Source of the DNA: a virus | Lineage: Duplodnaviria; Heunggongvirae; Uroviricota; Caudoviricetes | Virus record (IMG/VR): IMGVR_UViG_3300027712_000017 | Reading direction: 5' to 3' (one strand) | Length of the DNA stretch: 64,000 nucleotides | Part shown: in pieces, positions 18,288-28,769 of the stretch | Layout: each line of letters opens with the position of its first letter | Numbering within the stretch: position 1 is the first letter of the stretch | Program-made: the position numbers and the translations under genes | Notes under the pieces: generated by a model | What the model saw: only the letters and a program-made list of their open reading frames with translations | What the model was told of the DNA's origin: nothing | Database searches by the model: none

Positions 18288-18725
18288 ATGGAAGATTTTA
18301 TTGAACAAATGAAGGTATGTCAAGCAAGCGTATTTGCTCTCTACCTTAAAGCACATTACTTTCACTGGAATGTAGAAGGTCCTAGCTTTCCACAATACCA
18401 TGAATTCTTCGGTGACTTCTATCAAGATGTGTGGGAATCTGTTGACACAATCGCAGAGCATACTCGCACACTAGATGTATATGTCCCAGGTTCATTAGGT
18501 CGTTTCCGTGAACTATCAGTCATTGCTGACGAGAATGCAATTCCAGATGCTCATGGCATGTTCTCAAAGCTGGGTGATGATAACAAGCGTATTGTTGACG
18601 AGTTGAAAAAAGCACAAGCACAAGCAGAGAAACTAGGTTATTCTGGCATTGCAAACTTCTTCCAGGATCGTATCGCAGCACATGATAAGCATGGCTGGAT
18701 GATCCGTTCTATATTAAAGAGCTAA
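18288..18725 (+). CDS. dps: Dps-like ferritin (DNA protection during starvation family)
   Basis: ferroxidase-site context YLKAHYFHWNVEGPSFPQYHEFFGDFYQD...DTIAEHTRTL. Confidence 0.7.
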   Translation: MEDFIEQMKVCQASVFALYLKAHYFHWNVEGPSFPQYHEFFGDFYQDVWESVDTIAEHTRTLDVYVPGSLGRFRELSVIADENAIPDAHGMFSKLGDDNKRIVDELKKAQAQAEKLGYSGIANFFQDRIAAHDKHGWMIRSILKS

Positions 18726-18727
18726 TT

Positions 18728-20281
18728 ATGGACAACGGATTACCACAAGACAAACCAGTTACGCTTAAGGATATTGAACAAATCAATAAACTAAAGCACC
18801 ACAAAAATATGCAAAATAAAATGCACAGAATAGATGACAGCTATCAAATTCCAGGAGAAAAACAAATGTCAACTGCCGACAAACCAACATCAAAGTTTAT
18901 GGATGCCATGCAGCAAGTTCTTGCGAATGAAGCTGAGATTATGGAAAAGAAGAAAATGACACAGGGTGACATTGCTGCGCTTGCAGGAGACCCTAAAAAG
19001 ATTGATGCAGACGATTTTGCTGCACTTCGTGCTAAAAAGCATTTGAAGAAAGAAGAGACTACTGAACCAAGACCCGGAACTTTAGCAAAAATTATAGCGA
19101 CACCCGGTCATCCTTTGAGATCTTCTGCTAGAAAAGAGTTGAAAGACAGAGAAAAAGAAGCGGCGGAGATGAAGAAAGAAGAAGTAGAATCACTTGATGA
19201 AATTTCACAAAAGACTGCGACTAGTGCATACGCTGATGCAACAACCGGGAGTTTTTATCATCCAAAAGCTGGTGCAATTTTAGACAAAATTAAAAAGAAG
19301 TTCGGCGATAAAGCAGCTGATAACGCTGAAACACATTCGCATGTCAATAATTATGGACGTAGAAACACATCTCAAAAAGATGATCTATTGACCAATTTTG
19401 CGAGCAGAACTAAGACAGGTCCGGTAAATACAAGTGGTGTTATTTACAAAGGAACTCAAAAAGCAAATGCTAATAGAATCAAAAGTCGCTTAGGATCACA
19501 CACAAAACCTAATCTTCCAGAAGAAGTTGAAATGAACGAAGCAGCAACTGTTCTTCTTCGTAAGGGCGGCGCAACTAAGCGTATGCGTTATAACCCTGCG
19601 TCAATTGAGAGATTGAAAAGAGAAGGTTGGGTTGTTGCATCAGAAGCATTCGTTGACAAAGTAAGAACAATGTTTGACATTGCAGAAGATATTTCATTCG
19701 AAGATGCACTTTCACTTGTTGAAGCGGTTGCTATATTTAAGGAAGAAGAAGCAGCACAGGCGCCTGGCGGTCTGCCCAAGCCTCGCGGTCGCGGTCGTCC
19801 TAGGAACCCACCCGATCCTGACGCAGCTCCAAAAAGAATATGGACACCAGGTAGCAGAGGTCGTAAGCCTAACAATTGGCAGGAACTCTCAAAAGTGACA
19901 ACTTCTAGCTCTAAAACAGCAGCGATGGCATCACCTGAACCCAAAGCAGCAGACGATGCAACTGATACAGGACATATCCTTGACCACCTACGCAAGGCAA
20001 TTTCAACCAATGGCACCAATTCATTCCGTCAAAAGAATGGATCAATGGCAAAGGTTTCTCAATCTGCTGCAATTGCATTGTTGACTCATCACGACAAGTT
20101 GCCAAAAGCATCTGATCGTTTTGCTATGCAACAGCACCTTGCAAAGTCACCCGAGCATCTACAAAATGCAATCAAGAATGTTAATGCAGGCAAGCCATAC
20201 AATGCTGGTTATGAAAAAGCAAAACCAAAAGCAATTTCATTAGCACCTGGCGGAAATCCTGATTGGTATAAGAAGAAGTAA
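18728..20281 (+). CDS. hypothetical protein with AT-hook motif (PKPRGRGRPRNPP)
   Basis: 517-aa ORF; GRGRP AT-hook; Lys/Ala rich. Confidence 0.55.
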   Translation: MDNGLPQDKPVTLKDIEQINKLKHHKNMQNKMHRIDDSYQIPGEKQMSTADKPTSKFMDAMQQVLANEAEIMEKKKMTQGDIAALAGDPKKIDADDFAALRAKKHLKKEETTEPRPGTLAKIIATPGHPLRSSARKELKDREKEAAEMKKEEVESLDEISQKTATSAYADATTGSFYHPKAGAILDKIKKKFGDKAADNAETHSHVNNYGRRNTSQKDDLLTNFASRTKTGPVNTSGVIYKGTQKANANRIKSRLGSHTKPNLPEEVEMNEAATVLLRKGGATKRMRYNPASIERLKREGWVVASEAFVDKVRTMFDIAEDISFEDALSLVEAVAIFKEEEAAQAPGGLPKPRGRGRPRNPPDPDAAPKRIWTPGSRGRKPNNWQELSKVTTSSSKTAAMASPEPKAADDATDTGHILDHLRKAISTNGTNSFRQKNGSMAKVSQSAAIALLTHHDKLPKASDRFAMQQHLAKSPEHLQNAIKNVNAGKPYNAGYEKAKPKAISLAPGGNPDWYKKK

Positions 20282-20283
20282 TA

Positions 20284-20574
20284 ATGGCTATTATTGTGAA
20301 AAATGGTATAAAGGTTGGCGTGCAAACGCCAACTCCTCAAGTTCAACCTGAACCTGTTGTATTGACAAAAAGAAATAATATTATAAAAAAATCTGAACCT
20401 AAACCTGAAAATGAACCAACAAGACAAGTATTGAATAGAAGATTCGTTATTGAACCAAAGAAAATAAACGGTGTTGCCTCACAAGACACAACTTTAGTTG
20501 TCAATGGCAAACAAAAGAGTATCGGCAGGAAGTCACACTATCTGCTTGATATGTTGACATTAGACGACGAATAA
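20284..20574 (+). CDS. hypothetical protein (96 aa)
   Basis: ORF immediately after upstream stop. Confidence 0.45.
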   Translation: MAIIVKNGIKVGVQTPTPQVQPEPVVLTKRNNIIKKSEPKPENEPTRQVLNRRFVIEPKKINGVASQDTTLVVNGKQKSIGRKSHYLLDMLTLDDE

Positions 20575-20581
20575 ATAAAAG
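20571..20581 (+). promoter_or_regulatory. T4-late-promoter-like motif AATAAATAAAAG upstream of fibre-like gene
   Basis: motif family member; followed by SD AGGAGGG. Confidence 0.3.
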
Positions 20582-20608
20582 AAAATTGTCCTTAGGAGGG
20601 AAAATAAA

Positions 20609-21691
20609 ATGCCACAATGGGGTAAAAATGACGTTAACACAAATTCTGTTTTCTGGTCACCTGACCTTTTAAAAGTCAGAGCAAATACAGCAAATAGAAA
20701 TGCTTTATATGAAAATACGACACCGAGCGCATTCATACCAGGTGAAACAACTGGTGTTTTTGCAGTTGATGCTACTGAACAAAATGTTACTAATGGTTCT
20801 ATCATTTCATATACTATTACCAATAATGGTTCTGGTTACACTGCAAATGCTGCTGTAACTGTTTCAGGTAACGGAACAGCAAACGCAACAGCAAATTCTA
20901 TCGGTCGTATTTCAGTCGTAAACGCTAATACGGGCGGCAATAATTACACAGGTACTAAACCAACAGTAACTATTGCTGCACCTGCTGCACAAACATTCAA
21001 CTCAAATACTGCAGTTTACAAAGATGCGACATTCAACGCAAATACTGGCGTGAACGGAACAACTGAATTTATCACTACTGGCGCGTCACATGGATTCTCA
21101 AACGGCGACCTAGTCACATATATCTTGGCTACAGGTAATACCACTGTAACAGGATTAACAAGCGGAAATACATATTATGTCCGTTATGCGAACTCAACAA
21201 CTGGACTTGCATTGTCGGCAACTGCAACTGGCGCAAACGTTGATTTGACTGCAACTGCTGTGTCTGAAACTGGTCATACACTTCGTCGTGTAGGTCAAGG
21301 TTTCATTTCAATCGGAACTAACGTTCTACAGAACGGCGATTATGTGACATACACAGTCGGAACAGGCAACACTGCGTTGACGGGGTTGACTTCAGGATCA
21401 AGATATTATGTTGTAGGTTCAAACACAACTGGCGTTAAATTGTCGGCAACAAGCGGCGGAAATGCCATCGTATTGACTCCTGGTGTTTCAGAAACAGGCC
21501 ACTCACTAACTGGTGAAACTGCAACTGCAGCAGCGGTTCTTTCATATACTGGTCACGCTGCAACACATGCTGGTTGGGTTCTACGCACTGTAGGAACTGG
21601 TGGACGTGCTGGTCGTGTTCAATACGAGACACTGGTTGCGATGGGTTCAATCACTGGCGACTCTGACGATACCGTATTTAAGGACGCATAA
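20609..21691 (+). CDS. fibre-like structural protein (Thr/Asn/Gly/Ser-rich repeats)
   Basis: SD TTAGGAGGGAAAATAAA-ATG; repetitive GNTxxTGLTSG motifs. Confidence 0.55.
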   Translation: MPQWGKNDVNTNSVFWSPDLLKVRANTANRNALYENTTPSAFIPGETTGVFAVDATEQNVTNGSIISYTITNNGSGYTANAAVTVSGNGTANATANSIGRISVVNANTGGNNYTGTKPTVTIAAPAAQTFNSNTAVYKDATFNANTGVNGTTEFITTGASHGFSNGDLVTYILATGNTTVTGLTSGNTYYVRYANSTTGLALSATATGANVDLTATAVSETGHTLRRVGQGFISIGTNVLQNGDYVTYTVGTGNTALTGLTSGSRYYVVGSNTTGVKLSATSGGNAIVLTPGVSETGHSLTGETATAAAVLSYTGHAATHAGWVLRTVGTGGRAGRVQYETLVAMGSITGDSDDTVFKDA

Positions 21692-21694
21692 TAG

Positions 21695-22207
21695 ATGACC
21701 GATAGAGCGAAGAAAATAAGTGAACTAACTACGACTACATCTGTTGCAAATACAGATAAAATCGTAGTATTAAAGGATGCGGCTAATTCATCCCTAGCAG
21801 CTACCCGCGCAATGACTATGACAAATTTTGCAAACTCTATCGGTCCTCTTATAAGATTTGATTTGCCAAATAGCACTGTCACTTCGAATACAGTGACAAG
21901 ACAATCAAACGGGACATCATCGGTTGCATTCTTCACTTTTGCAAATAATGACGCAGGTCATGTAGATTTCCATGCAAAAGACGAAACAACCGGTGATATT
22001 ACTGCAGGCCATTTTACATTAGTATCAAACAATACAGTAGCTAATTTATCTTTAGGACAAGGAACTACTAGTGTCGGACCGAATCAAATTTTGTTCGACA
22101 ATGCACCGACAATAAACGTTTCTACTAGTGTTGTTACATTGTATTTCAGAAGACAATCAGCGGCTACTTCAAACGTTATTATTAAATACCACGCGACACT
22201 ATATTAA
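21695..22207 (+). CDS. hypothetical structural-like protein
   Basis: 170-aa ORF, Thr/Ser/Asn rich. Confidence 0.5.
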   Translation: MTDRAKKISELTTTTSVANTDKIVVLKDAANSSLAATRAMTMTNFANSIGPLIRFDLPNSTVTSNTVTRQSNGTSSVAFFTFANNDAGHVDFHAKDETTGDITAGHFTLVSNNTVANLSLGQGTTSVGPNQILFDNAPTINVSTSVVTLYFRRQSAATSNVIIKYHATLY

Positions 22208-22210
22208 TCC

Positions 22211-22603
22211 ATGAATGATTATATTGATGATTCCAATTTTTTGTTATTCTGCGCTAAACATTATGACAATGCTCAATGTCATGATACTGAAGAATTTTAT
22301 GAGGATTTGAGACGTATTAAATACATTAAGAAGTTAATAACACGTTACATCATTACTGGTGATTTAAAAGAACGACTTATACTAAATCATATAATAATCT
22401 TACAAAATGTTTTTGGCCCTGATGCATTATGTAAAATTATTTTTTTGAAGATGGATAAACAATTAAAATATATCAAACCATTTTTAGTGATGTTAAATAT
22501 ATTACCTGAAAGAATATATCATGTTGGTAAAGAAGGCAATATTCACATAACTGATGACATTGAGATGGATGTAGCAATAATAGAGGCTCTCAGAAAAATA
22601 TGA
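22211..22603 (+). CDS. hypothetical protein
   Basis: 130-aa ORF. Confidence 0.45.
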   Translation: MNDYIDDSNFLLFCAKHYDNAQCHDTEEFYEDLRRIKYIKKLITRYIITGDLKERLILNHIIILQNVFGPDALCKIIFLKMDKQLKYIKPFLVMLNILPERIYHVGKEGNIHITDDIEMDVAIIEALRKI

Positions 22604-22760
22604 AAAAAATATTAGAAGACGGCGAAGGTATTGCAATGGCACCAACTAATAACACTACTAATTCCGCTGCTATGAATCCCAATGACCCTCGCAACCCTCC
22701 AGTTTTTAAAAAACGCAAACCACAACTATTAAAAAATATATTAAAAAGAAGAGGCCCGAA

Positions 22761-23234
22761 ATGAGCGAATTAACTGAACTTTCTAGAGAAGTTGCTATAC
22801 TTAAAACTGATATGGCTCAAGTTAGCGGTTTAATTGATCGTTTAGATTTGACTATCGCAAAATTGACCGAAGTTTCAACAACAGTATCACAATTACTTGC
22901 AGTGCAAGGTAATAGATTAGAACAACAGGAAAAGTCAGCTTATCAATTTTCAACATTGCTTGAAAAAAGAAGGGACGAAGCAGCGGAGAGTAATGACATT
23001 ATGCATAAAAGAATCTCTTCTGCAGAAAAAGAATTTCAAACAGAAATTGGAAAATTGAATGACAAAATTTTAGATGAAATGAAATCTATGCGTGCTGAGT
23101 CAAAGCAGCAGCATGATGAGTTGTCAAGTAAAATGTCAAAACTTGAGAAGTGGGTATGGGTCGTGTCGGGCGGCGGCGCGGTCGTAGGATTCCTGTTGTC
23201 TCACGTTGTAAACTTGGACAAATTTTTCAATTGA
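22761..23234 (+). CDS. coiled-coil protein with C-terminal transmembrane segment
   Basis: WVWVVSGGGAVVGFLLSHVV hydrophobic tail; SD AGAGGCCCGAA-ATG. Confidence 0.5.
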   Translation: MSELTELSREVAILKTDMAQVSGLIDRLDLTIAKLTEVSTTVSQLLAVQGNRLEQQEKSAYQFSTLLEKRRDEAAESNDIMHKRISSAEKEFQTEIGKLNDKILDEMKSMRAESKQQHDELSSKMSKLEKWVWVVSGGGAVVGFLLSHVVNLDKFFN

Positions 23235-23258
23235 CATTTTGAAGCGCTCGTGTATAAT
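23231..23258 (+). promoter_or_regulatory. sigma70 promoter TTGACA-16-TGTATAAT (extended -10) upstream of primase
   Basis: TTGACATTTTGAAGCGCTCGTGTATAAT. Confidence 0.6.
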
Positions 23259-23293
23259 CATCAATGATGATGTGAAATACAATAGAGAACAAT

Positions 23294-24361
23294 ATGTCCT
23301 GGTTAGAACAAAAGTATATCAATCTACTATCAGGTAGGTTGTCAAAGTTTAAACGTAAAAACCAAAACCTATGGAATTTCCGCTGTCCTATTTGTGGCGA
23401 TTCCGACACGAACAAATCAAAAGCTCGTGGCTACATATATGCACAGAAGGGTGAATACATCTTTCACTGCCATAATTGTAATGATACTAAATCCATTAAA
23501 AATTTCATCAAGGTCCTAGATCTCAATCTTTATAACGAATATGTTATGGAGAAATTGAAGGAGACAGGTCAGTATAAACATGATGAAGTTGCAAACTTTG
23601 ATGTGAAAATGGATGCACCTAAATTTCGTAAGGCAGATGATCCTCTAAAACAATTAAAGAAAATTTCGTCGCTTGTAAATCATCCTGCAAAGAGATATGT
23701 AACTCAAAGACAAATCCCAACTCCCTTTCATGCTAAGTTATTTTACTGCGCCAAATTCAAAGCGTGGGTCAATACATTCATGCCTGATAAGTTTGATGAC
23801 GTAAGATTTGATGAACCTCGACTGATTATTCCCTTCATGAATGACAAGGGTGATATGATAGGATTGCAAGGCAGATCGTTCAATCCCGATGCTAAACTTC
23901 GATATATAACACTCATGGTTGATGAAACCCACCCTAGATTGTATGGAGTCGATGCTATGGACACAAGAGATATGATTTATGTGTTCGAAGGACCAATTGA
24001 CTCGATGTTTATCCCGAATAGCATTGCTAGTGCGGGTGGTGATATTATTTCAGAATTGCCACGATTAGGGCTTGACAAGACACAATATGTTGTGATATAC
24101 GATAATGAGCCACGCAACCCACATACAATCAAGAAAATGGAGAAGGCAATAGATGCAGGATATTCAGTTTGTATCTGGCCTGACACTATATTACAGAAAG
24201 ATGTCAATGATATGATAAAAAATGAGATCATAGATACATCATTCACTAACACAGAACTCATAAATCGTATTGCGACCCGTCTGAGAAAGGTCATTGATCA
24301 GAATTCTCATAACGGTTTGGCAGCAAAATTGAAATTAACAGCATGGAGAAAATGTCAATGA
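23294..24361 (+). CDS. 61: DNA primase, T4 gp61 type
   Basis: zinc ribbon CPICGDS...HCHNCN; EGPIDSMFIPNSIASAGG; DNEPRNP, all aligning to T4 gp61. Confidence 0.85.
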   Translation: MSWLEQKYINLLSGRLSKFKRKNQNLWNFRCPICGDSDTNKSKARGYIYAQKGEYIFHCHNCNDTKSIKNFIKVLDLNLYNEYVMEKLKETGQYKHDEVANFDVKMDAPKFRKADDPLKQLKKISSLVNHPAKRYVTQRQIPTPFHAKLFYCAKFKAWVNTFMPDKFDDVRFDEPRLIIPFMNDKGDMIGLQGRSFNPDAKLRYITLMVDETHPRLYGVDAMDTRDMIYVFEGPIDSMFIPNSIASAGGDIISELPRLGLDKTQYVVIYDNEPRNPHTIKKMEKAIDAGYSVCIWPDTILQKDVNDMIKNEIIDTSFTNTELINRIATRLRKVIDQNSHNGLAAKLKLTAWRKCQ

Positions 24362-25044
24362 AAGTGACACTATTTGGATATACACAACCTGATAAAGATA
24401 TTGACATTGAAGGACTAGAGGATATTCAGGATCTAATCGTATATTGCGCTAAGGTTTCTAATCCACAATTCCAAAATAACTTTGATACATCAGAACGACT
24501 ATTAACATATCTTGCAGAACATTCGCATTGGTCGCCATTTGAAATGGTCAGTGCGACACTTGAGATTGAAACAACTCGTGATATTGCAAGACAGATGTTG
24601 CGCCATCGTTCATTTTCATTCCAGGAATTTAGTCAGCGTTACAAAGAAGTTGACGCGCTAAAAGAATATTACATTATTCGTTCAGCAAGGTTGCAACACC
24701 CAACCAATCGTCAAGATTCAATTGCACTTGATATGAGAGATCCTGCACAGCGTGAACTTGCAGGACAATGGGTTACTCGTCAAGAACAACTTATCATGTA
24801 TGCAAAGGAGCAATATGATTGGGCTCTGAGCAAAGGTATCGCAAAGGAAGTTGCAAGAGCTGTTTTACCAGAAGGTAATACAGTATCTCGTTTGTATATG
24901 CAAGGTTCTATTCGTTCATGGATTCATTATATACAACTAAGGTCAGGTAACGGGACTCAAAAAGAACATATGGAAATTGCTGTTGAAGTGGCAAAAGCAA
25001 TCCATAAGATCTTCCCGCTGGTTGACAGATTTATCAGTAATTAA
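24343..25044 (+). CDS. thyX: flavin-dependent thymidylate synthase ThyX
   Basis: ThyX motif RHRSFSFQEFSQRY. Confidence 0.85.
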   Translation: MEKMSMKVTLFGYTQPDKDIDIEGLEDIQDLIVYCAKVSNPQFQNNFDTSERLLTYLAEHSHWSPFEMVSATLEIETTRDIARQMLRHRSFSFQEFSQRYKEVDALKEYYIIRSARLQHPTNRQDSIALDMRDPAQRELAGQWVTRQEQLIMYAKEQYDWALSKGIAKEVARAVLPEGNTVSRLYMQGSIRSWIHYIQLRSGNGTQKEHMEIAVEVAKAIHKIFPLVDRFISN

Positions 25045-25054
25045 GAGGTACTAA

Positions 25055-26029
25055 ATGCTATTCGAAGAACAAATTTCACGAAAGCCAGATCAATATCCAT
25101 GGACCAAAGAGTTCATTGATGCAATCTGGAGTGGTTTTTGGACTCCTGATGAGTTCAATTTCCGTGCAGATTATTCACAATTCAAATCAGAGTTATCACC
25201 TGCAGAACAACAAGTAATTGTTCGCGCACTATCAGCAATCGGACAAATTGAAGTTGCAGTCAAAACATTTTGGTCAAATATTGGCGACAAAATGCCACAT
25301 CCGTCAATTCGTGACCTAGGGTATGCTATGGCAAACTCAGAAGTTATTCACAATATGGCATATGAAAAACTATTAGATGTTTTGCATCTGACCCATATCT
25401 TTGAAGAAAATATGAACGAAGCAGTAATCAAAGGTCGTGTTGATTATCTTCGTAAATATTTAAACAAAGTTTACAAGAACGATAACAAGAAGCAATACAT
25501 TTATTCAATTATTCTATTTACATTGTTTGTTGAAAATGTTTCATTGTTCTCTCAATTCTATATCATCATGCACTTTAATCGTAATCGTGCAGTATTGAAA
25601 GATTGTGCTCAACAAGTTCAGTATACTCGCAATGAAGAAATGCTTCATGCTCAAGTAGGTATTAAGTTGATCAATACAATGCGTGAAGAATATCCTGAAT
25701 TGTTTGATGAAGAACTTGAAGCACGTATTGCAGCAGAATGTATTGACTCACTTAAAGCAGAAAGCAAAGTCATTGACTGGATCATGACTGACTACAACAT
25801 TCCAGGATTGAATGCAGAGATTCTTAAATCATTTATTGCAAAGCGCATGAAAGATTCTATTGATCAAATTGGATTTGATTCTAGCAAGATTTATTACAAC
25901 CCCCAACACATTGAACAGACCTATTGGTTTGATGAAGAACTTCTCGGCGCAAATATGACTGACTTCTTTCAAAAGCGTCCTGTTGAATATGCAAAAGGTT
26001 TGGGTATTACAGCAGACGATTTATTTTAA
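25055..26029 (+). CDS. nrdB: ribonucleotide reductase class I small (beta) subunit
   Basis: di-iron ligand context EVIHNMAYEKLLD; 324 aa; adjacent to alpha subunit. Confidence 0.8.
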   Translation: MLFEEQISRKPDQYPWTKEFIDAIWSGFWTPDEFNFRADYSQFKSELSPAEQQVIVRALSAIGQIEVAVKTFWSNIGDKMPHPSIRDLGYAMANSEVIHNMAYEKLLDVLHLTHIFEENMNEAVIKGRVDYLRKYLNKVYKNDNKKQYIYSIILFTLFVENVSLFSQFYIIMHFNRNRAVLKDCAQQVQYTRNEEMLHAQVGIKLINTMREEYPELFDEELEARIAAECIDSLKAESKVIDWIMTDYNIPGLNAEILKSFIAKRMKDSIDQIGFDSSKIYYNPQHIEQTYWFDEELLGANMTDFFQKRPVEYAKGLGITADDLF

Positions 26030-26038
26030 GGAGACGAC

Positions 26039-27682
26039 ATGGCATTCGAATGGGCAAATGAAGATTCACGCACCTTCCTATCTAGAGGTTATATTGACGG
26101 CAATATGACTGTCGAGGAAAGAGTTCGTGAAATCGCAAAGACAGCAGAGAAAATTCTTGACAAAGATGGATTTGCTGATAAATTCTATGACTACATGAGC
26201 AGGGGGTTCTATTCCCTCTCCTCGCCCGTGTGGTCAAATTTCGGCACAAAGAAGGGACTTCCCATCTCGTGCAATGGCGTTTATGTTGAAGATTCTATTG
26301 AAAGTATGCTCGATAAACTAGGTGAAGTTAGTATTCAATCAAAACATGGTTCAGGCACTTCTGTTTATTTGAGCAAGATTCGTCCTCGTGGCACCCCTAT
26401 CAAGACAGGCGGTAAAGCAAACGGACCTGCATACTATGCATCATTGTTTGAAACTGCTGTTGACATTATCAGTCAAGGCAATGTAAGACGTGGCTCATGC
26501 GCTGCATATCTAGACATTGAACATCCAGATATTATGGAATTCCTAGAGATGCGTGAAGTAGGAAGTTCAATTCAGAACTTGTCTATGGGCGTTTGTATCG
26601 GTGATGCATGGATGGAATCTATGATTGCTGGTGATAAAGACAAGCGTGACATTTGGGCAAGAATTCTGCGTAAGCGTAAAGAATCAGGTTATCCTTATTT
26701 GTTTTTCACTGATACTGTCAATAATAACCGTCCACAGGTTTTGAAAGATAAAAATATCAAAATCTATGCGTCAAATCTTTGCTCTGAAATTGCATTGCCT
26801 TCGTCAAAGGAATGGTCATTCGTATGCAACCTAGCATCAATGAATTGCTTGACATTTGACGAATGGGTTAATACTGATGCAGTTGAAACAATGATCTGGT
26901 TCCTTGATGCTGTCATGGAAGAATATATTGAGAAAACTTCAAAGATCAAATATATGGAAGCATCAAATAACTTTGCTCGTACTTGGCGTGCATTGGGATT
27001 AGGACAACTAGGTTGGCATTCGTATTTGCAATCAAAGATGATTCCGTTCGAATCTTTTGATGCACACATGATGGCAATTAAAATCAGCAAATTTATTGAT
27101 GATCGTTCACTAATTGCATCAAAAGAACTTGCAGAAGAATATGGCGAACCAGAAGGACTATTGGGATATGGTGTTAGAAATCTTACACGCACTGCTATTG
27201 CCCCTACTACTTCTAGCAGTTTTATTCTCGGTCAAGTATCTCCAGCGATTGAACCTCTTGCGTCGAACTACTTCACAAAGGACCTTGCAAAAGGTAAATT
27301 CACTTACAAGAATCCTTATCTTACAAAAGTTCTCGAAGCGTATGGCAAAGATACATTTGAAGTTTGGGAAACCATTCTAATTCGTGGCGGATCAGTTCAG
27401 CATCTAGATTTCTTGACACAAACTGAAAGAGATGTATTCAAGACATTCAGCGAAATTGCACCTATCAGTATTGTGCAACAAGCTGCTGCAAGACAACCTT
27501 ACATTGATCAAGCGCAATCACTTAACATTATGATTGCACCTGAAGTGCCTATAAAGGATGTAAATGCGCTTATCATTGAAGGTTGGCGTTTGGGTGTAAA
27601 GACGTTTTACTATCAACGTTCAGCAAATCCTGCACAGCAACTTGTGAGAGATATTATGACCTGCGCCGTATGTGAGGCCTAA
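26039..27682 (+). CDS. nrdA: ribonucleotide reductase class I large (alpha) subunit, short form lacking N-terminal ATP-cone
   Basis: SLSSPVWSNFGT, NLCSEI active-site motif, C-terminal CAVCEA cysteine pair; 547 aa. Confidence 0.85.
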   Translation: MAFEWANEDSRTFLSRGYIDGNMTVEERVREIAKTAEKILDKDGFADKFYDYMSRGFYSLSSPVWSNFGTKKGLPISCNGVYVEDSIESMLDKLGEVSIQSKHGSGTSVYLSKIRPRGTPIKTGGKANGPAYYASLFETAVDIISQGNVRRGSCAAYLDIEHPDIMEFLEMREVGSSIQNLSMGVCIGDAWMESMIAGDKDKRDIWARILRKRKESGYPYLFFTDTVNNNRPQVLKDKNIKIYASNLCSEIALPSSKEWSFVCNLASMNCLTFDEWVNTDAVETMIWFLDAVMEEYIEKTSKIKYMEASNNFARTWRALGLGQLGWHSYLQSKMIPFESFDAHMMAIKISKFIDDRSLIASKELAEEYGEPEGLLGYGVRNLTRTAIAPTTSSSFILGQVSPAIEPLASNYFTKDLAKGKFTYKNPYLTKVLEAYGKDTFEVWETILIRGGSVQHLDFLTQTERDVFKTFSEIAPISIVQQAAARQPYIDQAQSLNIMIAPEVPIKDVNALIIEGWRLGVKTFYYQRSANPAQQLVRDIMTCAVCEA

Positions 27683-27873
27683 CATGATAACTCAACTGAA
27701 TCCTCCGATTCCTTTGCAGACCCCAAAAGGGTCTGCGCTGGCACACTTCTTAATTGATTATGGACCAGAATCACATCTATATTGGGTGTGTTTTAATGAT
27801 GAAGATGGACAATGTTGGACCTGGTCGAATCCAAATATAAGAGCACAAAAAAACACATCACTGGATAGACCAA

Positions 27874-28527
27874 ATGTCGATAATATTAGATGATATAACT
27901 GCATGGCATAAATTTCCCAGAAGTCGTTGGATGTTGAATAAACTATATGTTCAACAAAAATTAGGAAATGAATGTGGACCTGTTGGTGTCACCCCAACTG
28001 CATATCCAGTATGGGTTAAACCCGTAATCAATGTTCATGGTTTAGGTATAGGATCTAAAAAAGTCGAATCTCGTCATCTGATGCATTATGAGCCAGGTAT
28101 GATGTGGATGCCATTTTATGAGGGTGAACATATTAGTTATGACATAAAATGGGAAGCAGGCAGTGATATGGAAGTATATGCTGCAAAGGGTTTGAATGGA
28201 CCCAACTTCAATGAATGGCAGATCGAAAAGATTGAACCTGATAATAAACTTAAATTTCTTGTTTATAAATTAACAGTAGCAGGTGAATTGCCTACATATT
28301 TTAATATTGAAACTATTGGTGGTAATCTTATTGAATGTCACCCTAGATGGTCTGCAGAATTTGTAGATTATTACGATAGATGTCCATTTACTCAAAAAGT
28401 ATTATGGTCAGATAATATCCATGAACCCACACCTGAATCATGGATTGATTGCAGAAATGATCCTTGCAATCAATGGACTGGTGAAATGAAAAGAATAGCT
28501 TACACTTATCAATTTAAGGAGAAATAA
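27874..28527 (+). CDS. hypothetical protein
   Basis: 217-aa ORF. Confidence 0.5.
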   Translation: MSIILDDITAWHKFPRSRWMLNKLYVQQKLGNECGPVGVTPTAYPVWVKPVINVHGLGIGSKKVESRHLMHYEPGMMWMPFYEGEHISYDIKWEAGSDMEVYAAKGLNGPNFNEWQIEKIEPDNKLKFLVYKLTVAGELPTYFNIETIGGNLIECHPRWSAEFVDYYDRCPFTQKVLWSDNIHEPTPESWIDCRNDPCNQWTGEMKRIAYTYQFKEK

Positions 28528-28528
28528 T

Positions 28529-28759
28529 ATGGGATGGAGCAGTGGCTCGAGAGTAGCAGATGATCTTATCAAAGCGTTGTCAGAAACAGTTGATGATGAC
28601 TATGTAAGAGAATCATTTTACAAAAAGATGATTGAAATTTTTGAAGATCATGATTGTGATACACTAGACGAATGTGTCGGTGTTGATGCAGCATTTGATT
28701 CTGCATTTGAAGAATTTACTGATACAGTTGAAGATGACTGGGCAGATGACGAAGAATAA
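28529..28759 (+). CDS. hypothetical acidic protein
   Basis: 76 aa, Asp/Glu-rich C-terminus. Confidence 0.45.
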   Translation: MGWSSGSRVADDLIKALSETVDDDYVRESFYKKMIEIFEDHDCDTLDECVGVDAAFDSAFEEFTDTVEDDWADDEE

Positions 28760-28769
28760 CTAACAATAA

